A DNA stretch of 64,000 nucleotides from a virus (Duplodnaviria; Caudoviricetes): IMG/VR virus record IMGVR_UViG_3300032259_000004, positions 743 to 64,742 of that record, one strand, 5' to 3'. The notes below the pieces were generated by a model. That model did not search any database. It saw only the letters and a program-made list of their open reading frames with translations, and was not told where the DNA came from. Made by a program: the position numbers and the translations under genes. This document shows, piece by piece, positions 43,962 to 53,223 of the stretch; within the stretch, counting starts at the first letter, position 1; the number at the start of each line of letters is the position of its first letter.

Positions 43962-44363
43962 ATGATCTGGCACCTTGTCATCGAGGGACCTCCGTCCACG
44001 AAGAAGAACTCCCAGCAGCTCGGCCAGATGGGGAAGAAGTGTCCCGCGTGTGGCCGGGCTCGAATGGGGATCTTCCCGTCGCAGGACTACCGCAAGTGGG
44101 AGCGCTCCGCGCTCAAGCAGCTCGCTCCTCAGTGGCACGACCCGCCGCTCGGATCGAAGGATCAGATCCTCTGGGTGCGGGCCGTCTTCTACCTGGGGAA
44201 GCGACAGCGGCCCGATCTCACGAACCTGGAGGAGGCCGTCGGCGATCTCCTGGAGAAGGCCGAGGTCATCACGAACGACTACTGGATCGGGTCCTGGGAC
44301 GGATCGAGAAAGGCGAAGGACTGGGACAGGCCGCGTGTTGAGATTCAGCTACGACTCATGTGA
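43962..44363 (+). CDS. rusA: RusA-family Holliday junction resolvase
   Basis: GPPSTKKN, RPDLTNLEEAVGDLL, ITND, PRVEIQL. Confidence 0.8.
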   Translation: MIWHLVIEGPPSTKKNSQQLGQMGKKCPACGRARMGIFPSQDYRKWERSALKQLAPQWHDPPLGSKDQILWVRAVFYLGKRQRPDLTNLEEAVGDLLEKAEVITNDYWIGSWDGSRKAKDWDRPRVEIQLRLM

Positions 44364-44372
44364 CGTTGCGAC

Positions 44373-44530
44373 GGGCCGTGGGGTGTCGGCGCCTGGCGTC
44401 GAACGAAGAGCCATCCCACGGCCCCTCGGAGCGCCGCGTGGGCGCTCTACCGGGGCGTCGGAGCTGCTGAGCGATCTTACTGACGAGGTGAGATCGCCGG
44501 GCTTCGTCTCTGTTGAGAAAAGGCCCGGCG
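44373..44530. terminator. Hairpin cluster between convergent operons (probable terminator region)
   Basis: Four inverted repeats of 7-10 bp; no clean poly-U tract. Confidence 0.4.
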
Positions 44531-44545
44531 CTCCGGTCTCTCGCC

Positions 44546-44695
44546 CTAGAAGAGGTCGACGACTTCCTCGAACAGCGCGATCCAGTCGTCGTTCGCGAAG
44601 ACGACGAACACGTCGTCCCACGTCATATCGGAGATCTTCTTGCCGGTGATCTGCTGGGCTTTAGCGGCGAGTATGATGAGCTTCAGGAACTTCAT
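44546..44695 (-). CDS. Small hypothetical protein (49 aa)
   Basis: MKFLKLIILAAKAQQITGKK...EEVVDLF; GGAGG RBS. Confidence 0.55.
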   Translation of the reverse strand: MKFLKLIILAAKAQQITGKKISDMTWDDVFVVFANDDWIALFEEVVDLF

Positions 44696-44708
44696 CCTGT
44701 CCTCCTTC

Positions 44709-46781
44709 TTATAGGTTCAACTTCTTCAACTCCGACAGCAGCGCAGCCAAGTCGCCGGGGAGCAGTGCGATCTGCGTGATGGCGACGTGGTTGTCCCCGC
44801 CCTCAATGGTCTCGATGGCCTTGCGAGCCGTGTCGCTGTCGAACTTCAGGAAGCCCCGAGACACCTCCACGGTGTGCCAGCCTGGGCCGTCGTCAGGTGG
44901 CGGTGGCGGTGGCGGAGCGTCGTTCCTCATCTCTTTGTCAACCCACTTGGGAACATCGAAGCAGTTAAAGACTGGCTGGACAAGCGGCTCTAGTGTGGCT
45001 AGATTGGTTGGCTTCACATCGAACCCTGCTAGATCCCAGTCAAGAAAGCCCCACCCACTAGCGTAGGTGAACGTCTCGGTCTGTCCAACGTTCGGCCCCC
45101 ATCTCCAGTCGATCCGGTAGCAGACTGTCGAGCGTGGAACGTCATCGCTGTGCAGGCCAAGCTCGCCAGCGGTGTAGGCCCTACCGTGGAGCGTCGTTCT
45201 GGCATCACCAAGGGATAGCACCGGCCCCCTTGAGCAGTTAGCCCATTGATGGTATCTCGTGCTGGATGCGAACGACTCACCAAGGGTAGCAAACCTCCTG
45301 CACCAGATCACTCCCGGTGCGATGTGAGACTTGAACGTTGTTGGATCGTCCCAACCGCCATCCTCCGTGATGACATGGTAGATCCAGTTGTCGTCCCAGT
45401 AGTACCAGTCCCACGCCATTCCCTGCCGCCCCTTGACGATGGCGAACACCCGGTTCTCATCATCCCTTACGGTGGACATCCTGCCGCCGCCTGAACTCGT
45501 CTTGGCGAAGTGAACAGACGACGGGGCCATGAGTTCCAGCATATCGACCCTGCCCGTTGGCGGTGGCGGTGGTGGCGCGGTCCCGCCGTCCGGGTAGACC
45601 AGCTTCACCGACTTCTTGCCGTCCATCCTGACGTGCCAGACGCGGCTGCCTCCGAGAGTGACGACCTGCGGCCCCGCCTTCCAGCCGTCCGGGTCGCGCG
45701 GGTTGTCGCGCCCGTCGTTGTGCTTGTTCGGCCCAGGCAGGTAGCCATTCGAGCAGTCCCCAGCCCCAGTCCACGCCTTGAGCACGTACTTAGTGCCATC
45801 GTGATCGACAGACCCGAAACCTCCGGGGTCAGCGCGCCTCGCCTTGTTGCCCTCGAAGATGGGGGCGAAGTGCTTGCTGTACTTGTCGGCCCACACCTGT
45901 TGATTTTCGGATGGATTCCGTTGCCCCGCGTACCAGACCTTCCCAACCATGAAAGAGGTCGAGCCCGCGCCGTGAGTCTTCTCCGAGATCCAGGCGGTGC
46001 CGTGGTCCGTCTTGATGAGGTGGACGGCGCCATGAAAAGAGACGTTGCAGTCACGGATTCTCGCGATCAGAGTGTTCAGGTCATGGAGCCCTGCGGGGTT
46101 CATCGAGCGCAGCGCTACGAGGCCCTGGCAGAGCGTCTTGTCGCCACCGGCCAGGTAGTCCCAGCGCCGATGGCCGTGCTTCTTCAGGGCCTTGAGGATC
46201 GGCTCCAGCTCCCAGTTCGCCTCCGGGCACTTTCCCAGCCAGTTGTTCACGTTCCGCCCGATCCCGGCCTGCTCGATGAGGTGCTTGTACGGGTCGCCGG
46301 TTCCCTTGCCGCTCGGTGTGTCCCAGCCGCACCAGGAACGCGACCCGCCGCGAGCGTAGGAGTAACCGAAGCCAGGCTGACTCGCCCAGCCCATCGTCAG
46401 GATCGTCGACAGCATCTCGAACCGGAGGTAGCGGGCCAACCCCTCGACAACGGTCTCGTTCCCCAACATCCGAGCCAGGTGCAACGTCGCCTCGTAGCTC
46501 ATGTTGATCCAAGAGCCGTATCTGTGAGAAGTCCAGGGTTCGGACGTGTACCACTTCCCGAGCCCGAGATACCCCTCCCACGCCCTGAGCACGGCCCTGG
46601 CCTTGTTCTGGTCGCGGTGATACCAGAACCACCCGGCGCAAGTCGCTTGCAGGCAGCAAATGTTCGCGCTGCCTTTGCTGAAGACAGTTTGCGCGTTGTA
46701 TTGGCTCCGGTGTATCTCCGGGATGTCGTCCCCGTTGATCGCTTTGACGATCCAGTCTGCCGCTGATTGCCCGCCCATCAT
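44709..46781 (-). CDS. Large modular hypothetical protein with two poly-Pro linkers
   Basis: 690 aa; TAPPPPPPT and APPPPPPPDD linkers; Trp-rich. Confidence 0.75.
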   Translation of the reverse strand: MMGGQSAADWIVKAINGDDIPEIHRSQYNAQTVFSKGSANICCLQATCAGWFWYHRDQNKARAVLRAWEGYLGLGKWYTSEPWTSHRYGSWINMSYEATLHLARMLGNETVVEGLARYLRFEMLSTILTMGWASQPGFGYSYARGGSRSWCGWDTPSGKGTGDPYKHLIEQAGIGRNVNNWLGKCPEANWELEPILKALKKHGHRRWDYLAGGDKTLCQGLVALRSMNPAGLHDLNTLIARIRDCNVSFHGAVHLIKTDHGTAWISEKTHGAGSTSFMVGKVWYAGQRNPSENQQVWADKYSKHFAPIFEGNKARRADPGGFGSVDHDGTKYVLKAWTGAGDCSNGYLPGPNKHNDGRDNPRDPDGWKAGPQVVTLGGSRVWHVRMDGKKSVKLVYPDGGTAPPPPPPTGRVDMLELMAPSSVHFAKTSSGGGRMSTVRDDENRVFAIVKGRQGMAWDWYYWDDNWIYHVITEDGGWDDPTTFKSHIAPGVIWCRRFATLGESFASSTRYHQWANCSRGPVLSLGDARTTLHGRAYTAGELGLHSDDVPRSTVCYRIDWRWGPNVGQTETFTYASGWGFLDWDLAGFDVKPTNLATLEPLVQPVFNCFDVPKWVDKEMRNDAPPPPPPPDDGPGWHTVEVSRGFLKFDSDTARKAIETIEGGDNHVAITQIALLPGDLAALLSELKKLNL

Positions 46782-47473
46782 TCACACCCCTTTCGAGGAA
46801 TGTGTTGGAGCTTGAAGTGGTTGAGGTACTTTTCTGGATTCTCCGCCAGGAAGTCTCGCAGGTTGTCGGGGTTGCCCTGGAACGGTGACTCCAGGCCGAA
46901 GTGGAGATCCTCGGGCCAGTAGGCGAGCATCACCATCGGCGTGCAGACACCCCACGACTTGACGCACGCGAGCCGCCGCGCCACCATCCGCCCACCGAAG
47001 AGACGCTCGTCGATAAAATGAAAAATCAGCCGGTGCCACGGATACCAGTTTCCAACGTGCTCCATGATCCTGGCGACGATCCGGTCGCGCTGCTCGTCGT
47101 CGACGTTGAGCGGCCTCCACAGCTCCACCTTGCCCCTTCCGGCGTAGCGGTCGACCAGCTTGTGATGTCGAACTCGACCCAGGGCCTCGACGACCTCGAC
47201 GTCCTCGATCCGGTCGCAGTCGTTGACGACGAGGAGTGTATGGTTGACCAGGCTCTTCGGTTCCCAGTGCTGGCGGGTAGCCCAGCGGATCGCGCGGCTC
47301 AGCCAAGCGGTCCCCTGCGTCCCTCCGATGTCCCCCTTCCGGAAGCGAGCGGAGCCGTCAGAGGCGCTCTGACGCACGACCATTGATACACGACGCTCAG
47401 CCTTCACGTCGAATCTTTTGCTCTCAGGGCCGCTCAGGGCGCCACGCAGGGCCTCATTTGGGTCATCTTTCAT
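46778..47473 (-). CDS. Permuted papain-like (YiiX/YaeF, NlpC/P60) amidase-like protein
   Basis: FRKGDI, VNHTLLV, VVEALG, Y, late GVCT: His precedes Cys. Confidence 0.65.
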   Translation of the reverse strand: MKDDPNEALRGALSGPESKRFDVKAERRVSMVVRQSASDGSARFRKGDIGGTQGTAWLSRAIRWATRQHWEPKSLVNHTLLVVNDCDRIEDVEVVEALGRVRHHKLVDRYAGRGKVELWRPLNVDDEQRDRIVARIMEHVGNWYPWHRLIFHFIDERLFGGRMVARRLACVKSWGVCTPMVMLAYWPEDLHFGLESPFQGNPDNLRDFLAENPEKYLNHFKLQHIPRKGCE

Positions 47474-47481
47474 CTCGCACC

Positions 47482-47871
47482 TCAGTAGTCGGCGATCTCG
47501 GCGTGCTCCTGGAGCACGAGAGCCTCGTTCAAGTTGAGCCATCGGTCGCCGATCCAGAGAAAGACCTGGGCCAGCCATCGGCCATACTTCCCCTTTCGAT
47601 CCCTGTAGGTGAGCAGTCGGATCGCCCCTGCGGAGTTGAGGAGATCCTCGGCGAACTCCTTGGCCTCGATGCCGTCGGGGCGCTCGGGGCCGCGCAGCTC
47701 GAAGGCGTCGATGCCGTAGAGCCGGACCGGCTGTTCGTTCAGCCAGACACCGAAGCCGAGGTCGATGTTGAACCGGATCGTGTCGGCGTCGTAGATGCTG
47801 AAGAACTCCGCCTTGTACCAGTAGAAAGAGAACTCCAGCTCGGGGTCGTTCGCGTCCACGAAATTGACCAT
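47482..47871 (-). CDS. Thermonuclease (SNase)-like phage protein
   Basis: YDADTIRFNIDLGF, VRLYGIDAFE, KGKYGRWLA. Confidence 0.8.
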   Translation of the reverse strand: MVNFVDANDPELEFSFYWYKAEFFSIYDADTIRFNIDLGFGVWLNEQPVRLYGIDAFELRGPERPDGIEAKEFAEDLLNSAGAIRLLTYRDRKGKYGRWLAQVFLWIGDRWLNLNEALVLQEHAEIADY

Positions 47872-48311
47872 CACTTCTCCTTGATCTTCACCTTGATCGT
47901 CCGGTCGTCGTGGCGCGGCGGGGAGTTGTCGGTCTGGATGTGGCAGGTGATCTCGTAGGACTCTCCGGGAGTCCCGCCCGAGAGCCAGACTGTCGCCACG
48001 TAGCCGTCGTCGGAGTCGGAATCTTTCGTGATCCCAGTCGGGACGTTCCAGGTGGCGGAGTTGATCTGCTCGTCGGTGATCCCATCGAGCCAGAGGTCCT
48101 CGTCCCGCTCCTCCCAGTTGTCGGAGTCGTCCTCCAGGGTGGCTCCCGCGACGTGCGGAACGATGCAGTCGTACCAGAGCCCATCGGCAGGATTCCAAAC
48201 GACATTGCGCCGATTGTACTGCGTCGTCGTCGTCCAGGGCGGAGCCCCCCAGCCAATCGAGTATTCCAGAACGGCATCGGGGTCCTTCTCGTATGTGTCC
48301 AAGACAGCCAT
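47871..48311 (-). CDS. Virion adaptor-like protein with an inserted CBM-like segment
   Basis: KDPDAVLEYSIGW...ATVWLSGGTPGESYEITCHIQT; insert WTTTTQY...WYDCIVPH. Confidence 0.65.
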   Translation of the reverse strand: MAVLDTYEKDPDAVLEYSIGWGAPPWTTTTQYNRRNVVWNPADGLWYDCIVPHVAGATLEDDSDNWEERDEDLWLDGITDEQINSATWNVPTGITKDSDSDDGYVATVWLSGGTPGESYEITCHIQTDNSPPRHDDRTIKVKIKEK

Positions 48312-48320
48312 CGGCTTCTC

Positions 48321-50693
48321 CTATCTCTCGAATTGAACGAACACGTCGCGATCCTCGCGCTCGACGTCCGCGTGTCGGCTTTCGCGCGCAACCCTCGCGA
48401 GCCTGGATTCTCGGCCTACCTCAGCGTGACGATTGTCGCGGGCAACATGGGCGAGCCTGGGCTCGCGCTCAACGAACGCCAGGCGGTAAACCTGGACCTT
48501 GAGACCTGGGACCGTGACCGTGACAGTGATCGGCTGTCCAGCGATCTCCAGGACGCCGCTGCCGAGGACCGTGTGGGCTCCGGCGCTCGTGCTGACCGCG
48601 TGACCCGAGACCTCGACCGAGCCGCTCCCAAGGACAACGTGAACGCCGTCGTTGGCCGTGGTCGAGGTTGGGTGCCCAGTGGCTTCGACAACGCCCGAGC
48701 CCAGCTCGATCTTCTGCCCTGCTTCCGTTGCGACCGGGTAGCCACTGACCTCGACCGAGCCGCTTCCGAGGGCGAGCTTCTGGTCCGCCTTGGTCTCGGT
48801 GGGCTGACCCGAGACCTCGACCGAGCCACTGCCGAGAGTGACAAAGACGCCATCGGTGACCGACACCGCAACCGGGTAGCCGGTCGCTTCCACCACGCCC
48901 GAGCCGAGGTCGATCTTCTGCCCCGCGACGGTCGTCGTCGGCCAGCCGGTGACCGCCGTGGTGCCCGTCCCGAGCGTGAGCGATTGATCGGCCTTCGTTG
49001 AGACAGGTTGACCCGAGACCTCGACGGTGCCGGAGCCCAGCTCCACGTTGACGTTGCCAGCCGTTGTGGCGGTGACGGTGATCTGGTGCCCGGTGGTCTC
49101 GATGTCGCCCGATCCCAAGGTGAGCTTCTGGTCGGCGGTCGTCTGGACTGGCTGACCAGTGATCGCCACCTGGCCCGCTCCCAGCTCGATGAGGACGCCA
49201 TCGGTGGTCGTGGTCGTCGTTGGGTGTCCCGTGATCTCCTGCGTCCCAGAGCCCAAGGTGAGATTCTGGTCCGCCTTCGTCGAGACTGCATGACCACTGG
49301 CTTCGACGGTCCCGGAGCCCAGCTCGACGAAGACGCCAATCGTTGTCGTCGTGGTCGTCGCGTGTCCGGTGGCTTCGACAACTCCGTCGCCGAGGGTGAG
49401 GCTCTGATCGGCCTTCGTGCTGACCGGCTGCCCCGAGATCTCGACAGTGCCATCGCCGAGGGTGAGAGATTGATCGGTCTTGGTGGAAACGGGATAGCCG
49501 GTCGCCTCGACCGCGCCCGCCCCTAGCTCGACGTTGACGCTCGTCCCAGTCTGGACGGTGAGCTGGTGTCCGGTGACCTCGACGGTGCCGTCGCCCAGAG
49601 TGAGCTTTTGGTCGGCGGTCGTCTGGACGGGGTAGCCGGTGGCTTCAACAACTCCAGAGCCGAGGGTGAGATTCTGATCGGCAGACGTGGAGACGGGGTA
49701 GCCAGTCGCTTCGATGACCCCGGAGCCTAGCTCGACGTTGACGTTGGCCGTCGTGGTTGTGGTCGTCGCGTGCCCGGTTGCTGCAACGACACCCGAGCCC
49801 AGCGTGAGGATCTGGTCAGCCGTTGTTGTCGTGGGCTGCCCGGTCGCAGCGACAACCCCCGATCCCAGCGTGAGCTTCTGGTCGGTGGTGGTGGTCGTGG
49901 GCTGCCCCGTGACCGCAACGACACCCGAGCCAAGGACCACATTGACATCAGTGCCGCCTGCCTCCGCAATATCCCCGCCGCCCCAATCATCGAAGTAGTA
50001 GTCCCCGCTGGACAAAATGTATGTGGCGATCCCAAGGCGAGGCCCCGAATCCACAGCATTCGCGCCGGGAGCCGTGGAGGACTTCCAAGTGTAGTTGCCC
50101 CAGTTCGAGGAAGCCCCTTCGACGCCATCCCACGCTCCAGTGTCGGGCAGCGAGGAGCCGAGGTTCCAATAGTAGGCGTAGGTCGAGGCTCCGGTTCCTT
50201 TGACCGCGAAGCCGAGGTAGTCGTTGTTCTGAATCGAGTAGTTCGAGGTGGATTGCTGGATGTCCACATTGAACGTCTCGACATTGGTGTAGTTCGAGAA
50301 CTTGACCTTCTTGCCGCCGAAGTTGTCGATCTCGATGGCAACTCGATAGCAAGAGCCACCGAGAGGATCGTGTTGAACGCGAAAGTAGGCTCCCGCAGAA
50401 ATCGCAGCGTTAGCGACATCGGCAACCTTGATCCGCGCACACTGATCGGCGCTGTCGAATCGCTCTGTGCGGATAGCTGCTTGTGCTGCGAAGGAACCGT
50501 TGGCATCAATCCATAGTCGGTCGGCTGGTTTCGTGCCGTCGCCCGTGTGGGCATGGAAGGCGTAATTAGAGGAACCACCATAGAAGGTGTCCCACCACTT
50601 CGACTTGTTGAGATCGAGCGGCGAGTCCCACTCCTGCGAGAAGTCAGAAGTGACCCAATCGGAAATCGTGCCTGGACCAAAGACGAAAGGCAC
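48321..50693 (-). CDS. Repeat-rich virion protein (N-terminal globular domain plus 21 repeats)
   Basis: 21 copies of a 22-26 aa unit xxLG[SDAT]GxVExTGxPxxT. Confidence 0.8.
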   Translation of the reverse strand: MPFVFGPGTISDWVTSDFSQEWDSPLDLNKSKWWDTFYGGSSNYAFHAHTGDGTKPADRLWIDANGSFAAQAAIRTERFDSADQCARIKVADVANAAISAGAYFRVQHDPLGGSCYRVAIEIDNFGGKKVKFSNYTNVETFNVDIQQSTSNYSIQNNDYLGFAVKGTGASTYAYYWNLGSSLPDTGAWDGVEGASSNWGNYTWKSSTAPGANAVDSGPRLGIATYILSSGDYYFDDWGGGDIAEAGGTDVNVVLGSGVVAVTGQPTTTTTDQKLTLGSGVVAATGQPTTTTADQILTLGSGVVAATGHATTTTTTANVNVELGSGVIEATGYPVSTSADQNLTLGSGVVEATGYPVQTTADQKLTLGDGTVEVTGHQLTVQTGTSVNVELGAGAVEATGYPVSTKTDQSLTLGDGTVEISGQPVSTKADQSLTLGDGVVEATGHATTTTTTIGVFVELGSGTVEASGHAVSTKADQNLTLGSGTQEITGHPTTTTTTDGVLIELGAGQVAITGQPVQTTADQKLTLGSGDIETTGHQITVTATTAGNVNVELGSGTVEVSGQPVSTKADQSLTLGTGTTAVTGWPTTTVAGQKIDLGSGVVEATGYPVAVSVTDGVFVTLGSGSVEVSGQPTETKADQKLALGSGSVEVSGYPVATEAGQKIELGSGVVEATGHPTSTTANDGVHVVLGSGSVEVSGHAVSTSAGAHTVLGSGVLEIAGQPITVTVTVPGLKVQVYRLAFVEREPRLAHVARDNRHAEVGRESRLARVARESRHADVEREDRDVFVQFER

Positions 50694-50696
50694 GAT

Positions 50697-51392
50697 CTAT
50701 TCCTTGTAGATGATCCCTGGAGGATGGGGGAAGGATTCGACCGTCCCCGTTTCTGCCCCCGTTCCTCCTGCAATTTGATCGGGGCGCAGAACTGCCACGC
50801 CGGGATCGTAGAACAACAGGTTCTCAGGACGAATCAGGAGAGGGGCGTAGCCATCTTGGTACGCCTCAACCTCGGCATCGGTCAGGGCGACATTCCAGTA
50901 GGCTGTCTCAGCCCAATAGCCATCCCAACCCCGGTCGTAGCCGTAGGAGGAATCGTTGTTCCCTTGAACCAACTTCCAAGTCGAGTATTGCCAGTTCAAG
51001 GTCGAGGTGTTGTCGTTGTCGTTATGAGTCCTCCCGGTGTCGAGCCGCAGGATGTCAAACTCATGCCACACATTTGAGTGTTGCCTACCAACAAGCGAAA
51101 ACCATTTGCCGTCTACCCAATCGGTGTCGTCTAGCGTATTCTGCGCCAGGCTCCCGTCCCATGCCTGGAACTGCCACCGCCCGTTCGCGTGGGTCGAGGT
51201 ATCGTAGGCGATGGCTGCCCAATGTCCCGCCGACTGACTGGTGAGGCAGAACAGGCAAGACCCGTCCGTGTCAGCTTGAAGCGGATACCCCTTGGCAGCC
51301 AATGTGAAGGCTGAAGATGGATAGCTGAGACTAGGGGCCGACCAAAGAACCTTGTTCGAGTGCCCCGCGTAAGAGTCGTATCCTCTCGCCAT
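50697..51392 (-). CDS. LamG/concanavalin-like virion protein
   Basis: GWDGYWAETAYWNVALTDAEV...YAPLLIRPENL. Confidence 0.7.
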   Translation of the reverse strand: MARGYDSYAGHSNKVLWSAPSLSYPSSAFTLAAKGYPLQADTDGSCLFCLTSQSAGHWAAIAYDTSTHANGRWQFQAWDGSLAQNTLDDTDWVDGKWFSLVGRQHSNVWHEFDILRLDTGRTHNDNDNTSTLNWQYSTWKLVQGNNDSSYGYDRGWDGYWAETAYWNVALTDAEVEAYQDGYAPLLIRPENLLFYDPGVAVLRPDQIAGGTGAETGTVESFPHPPGIIYKE

Positions 51393-52048
51393 CAGCGGAT
51401 CTCCGTCATCAGTTGCTTCCAGGCCACCCGAGGCAACCGTTGTCGAGCAATGTCGAGAGCTTCGTAGACTTCCCGCGTCATCTCTCGCAGAGCGTCCTCC
51501 TGCATCTTGGTCATCGGCTCGACTTCTCCCGTGACCTTTGACTCATGCTCGTGGACGGGTAACTCCTCGCACCGCACGAACTCGAACCTCTGATCCGAGG
51601 CGTCGAGGATGCGACGGTAGGTGTCGTTCCACCACGACGCCGCTTGCTCCTCCCAAGTGTCTCCCTCCCGAACGTGGTGGTCCCGGTAAGGGTCGTGCTT
51701 GGTCAGGAACCGGAACCGTCGCCAGCTTCGGGCCGTTGCGACAGGATCTCGGTAGACAACCACGATGCGCGGGTTCTTGTCCACCTTCAGAATCCACGGC
51801 AGGATCATCTCGATCCGGGCATCGACAATCGGGATGCCTCGCTCCAATCCTTCCATCACGAACTTCAGCACTAGGCGTCGAGCGTGGAAGTAGCCGAAGT
51901 TGTCCCCTGCGTCCTCGTCCTGCGGCGAGCGGGTCATCACCCAATAGAACGGCCAAAGCTCGAACTCTCCAGGCTCGTGCCTGCCGCCGATCATCTGAGC
52001 CAGCGACAGAGTGCCGGATCGCAGCGCCCCGGTTCCCCACAGCATCAC
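51392..52048 (-). CDS. Sulfotransferase-family protein
   Basis: GTGALRSGTLSL, IVVVYRDPVATARSW. Confidence 0.7.
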   Translation of the reverse strand: MMLWGTGALRSGTLSLAQMIGGRHEPGEFELWPFYWVMTRSPQDEDAGDNFGYFHARRLVLKFVMEGLERGIPIVDARIEMILPWILKVDKNPRIVVVYRDPVATARSWRRFRFLTKHDPYRDHHVREGDTWEEQAASWWNDTYRRILDASDQRFEFVRCEELPVHEHESKVTGEVEPMTKMQEDALREMTREVYEALDIARQRLPRVAWKQLMTEIR

Positions 52049-53220
52049 AGCACCTCCACAAGCTCGACGTTCTTCAGTTCGGCGTCGTCGGCCATCGAGT
52101 CGCTTGCAGGCGTTCTGGTGATCGAGAGACGGAACGATTCCCCCGGCTCCAAGGAGTCGATCTCTTCAAGGTTGCGCCTACCGCCGAGCCGGATGTATGC
52201 CTGCCGCGAGATGCCAGCGGAGGACGGAGCATCGGCACTCCGGTAGGTGTAGTCACCCCACGAGTTCGAGTCGAGATCCGTCGCGTCGTCCTCGTGCCGC
52301 TCGAATACGCAGCCCCATCGGACATCCCCGCTCGTGGCGGCTGAAGTCCAGGTGAGCTTGACCCCGAGCCGATCCCGCAGCGCCCGACGAGGCATCACCC
52401 CGTAGAAGTGGATGTACTCCTGCGTCGTGTCATCGAATAGCCGGACGGGATGCCGGTTGCGGAACCCTGCCGCCGCCGTGTTCGATCCTGCGCTCTCCGC
52501 GTTGTGCATCGTCCAAGCGTAGAGGGTGCGAGAACCGATGTCGATGACGCCGACTTCGGGAGCGGACGGATAGATGATCTCTGGCGCATGGACCCCGACA
52601 TCCGGACTGAGTGACGTAGACCAGGCTGTGCCTCCGATGGGGTCACGAGTGTCCCTAACCAGAGGAACGTAGGCAACGAGAGCATCGGGTCGAATAAGCA
52701 GAGGCGACACGCCGGACGCAAGAGCCTGTTCCTCTCCGACCGTCAGGTGCGCCGTGTTCCAGATCCCCACCTCGGCAATCCTTCCGACCATCGTTTCGCT
52801 AGTCCACCCGGTGTTGCCACCGATGGATATATTGGGACTCCAAGGGAACCCTCCGTTGATAGCAGTGGTGGAAGTATCGACATCTGTGCCATGAAGAACC
52901 AAGCGGTGATTCGAGTCGCTCGAAGAGCTTGCAAGAATATGCGACCACTCTTGAAACTCTATCGTCCAGCCAGTAAACGAGTCGCTGTTGCCGCCATACC
53001 AAACCGCGCCAGCAGGTGTCGGTCCCCAATCAGCCTCGGTGTACAAGCAAATGAAGTCATTGGTGTCATTGAAAACACCGACACCTGTTTGCCACTCATA
53101 CTCCCCGATATAGGACGCATCAGGATACGCCCACATCGAAATCGTGATCGGGTAGGCACTGATGGGTGCCGAAGAGAGGTAGACCCGCTGACTGACGGTT
53201 CTGTCGAACTCGTAGGCCAC
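52045..53220 (-). CDS. LamG domain fused to a paralog of the adjacent 167-aa virion protein
   Basis: GRIAEVGIWN...SPLLIRP; C-terminal FDDTTQEYIHF..VRW..FERHEDD.TDLDS. Confidence 0.75.
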   Translation of the reverse strand: MAYEFDRTVSQRVYLSSAPISAYPITISMWAYPDASYIGEYEWQTGVGVFNDTNDFICLYTEADWGPTPAGAVWYGGNSDSFTGWTIEFQEWSHILASSSSDSNHRLVLHGTDVDTSTTAINGGFPWSPNISIGGNTGWTSETMVGRIAEVGIWNTAHLTVGEEQALASGVSPLLIRPDALVAYVPLVRDTRDPIGGTAWSTSLSPDVGVHAPEIIYPSAPEVGVIDIGSRTLYAWTMHNAESAGSNTAAAGFRNRHPVRLFDDTTQEYIHFYGVMPRRALRDRLGVKLTWTSAATSGDVRWGCVFERHEDDATDLDSNSWGDYTYRSADAPSSAGISRQAYIRLGGRRNLEEIDSLEPGESFRLSITRTPASDSMADDAELKNVELVEVL

Positions 53221-53223
53221 TCT

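Noticed and set aside
44478-44522. CTGACGAG...GAAA hammerhead-like words
   Set aside because: CTGACGAG lies in a hairpin loop and no stem II/III geometry closes on the GAAA.
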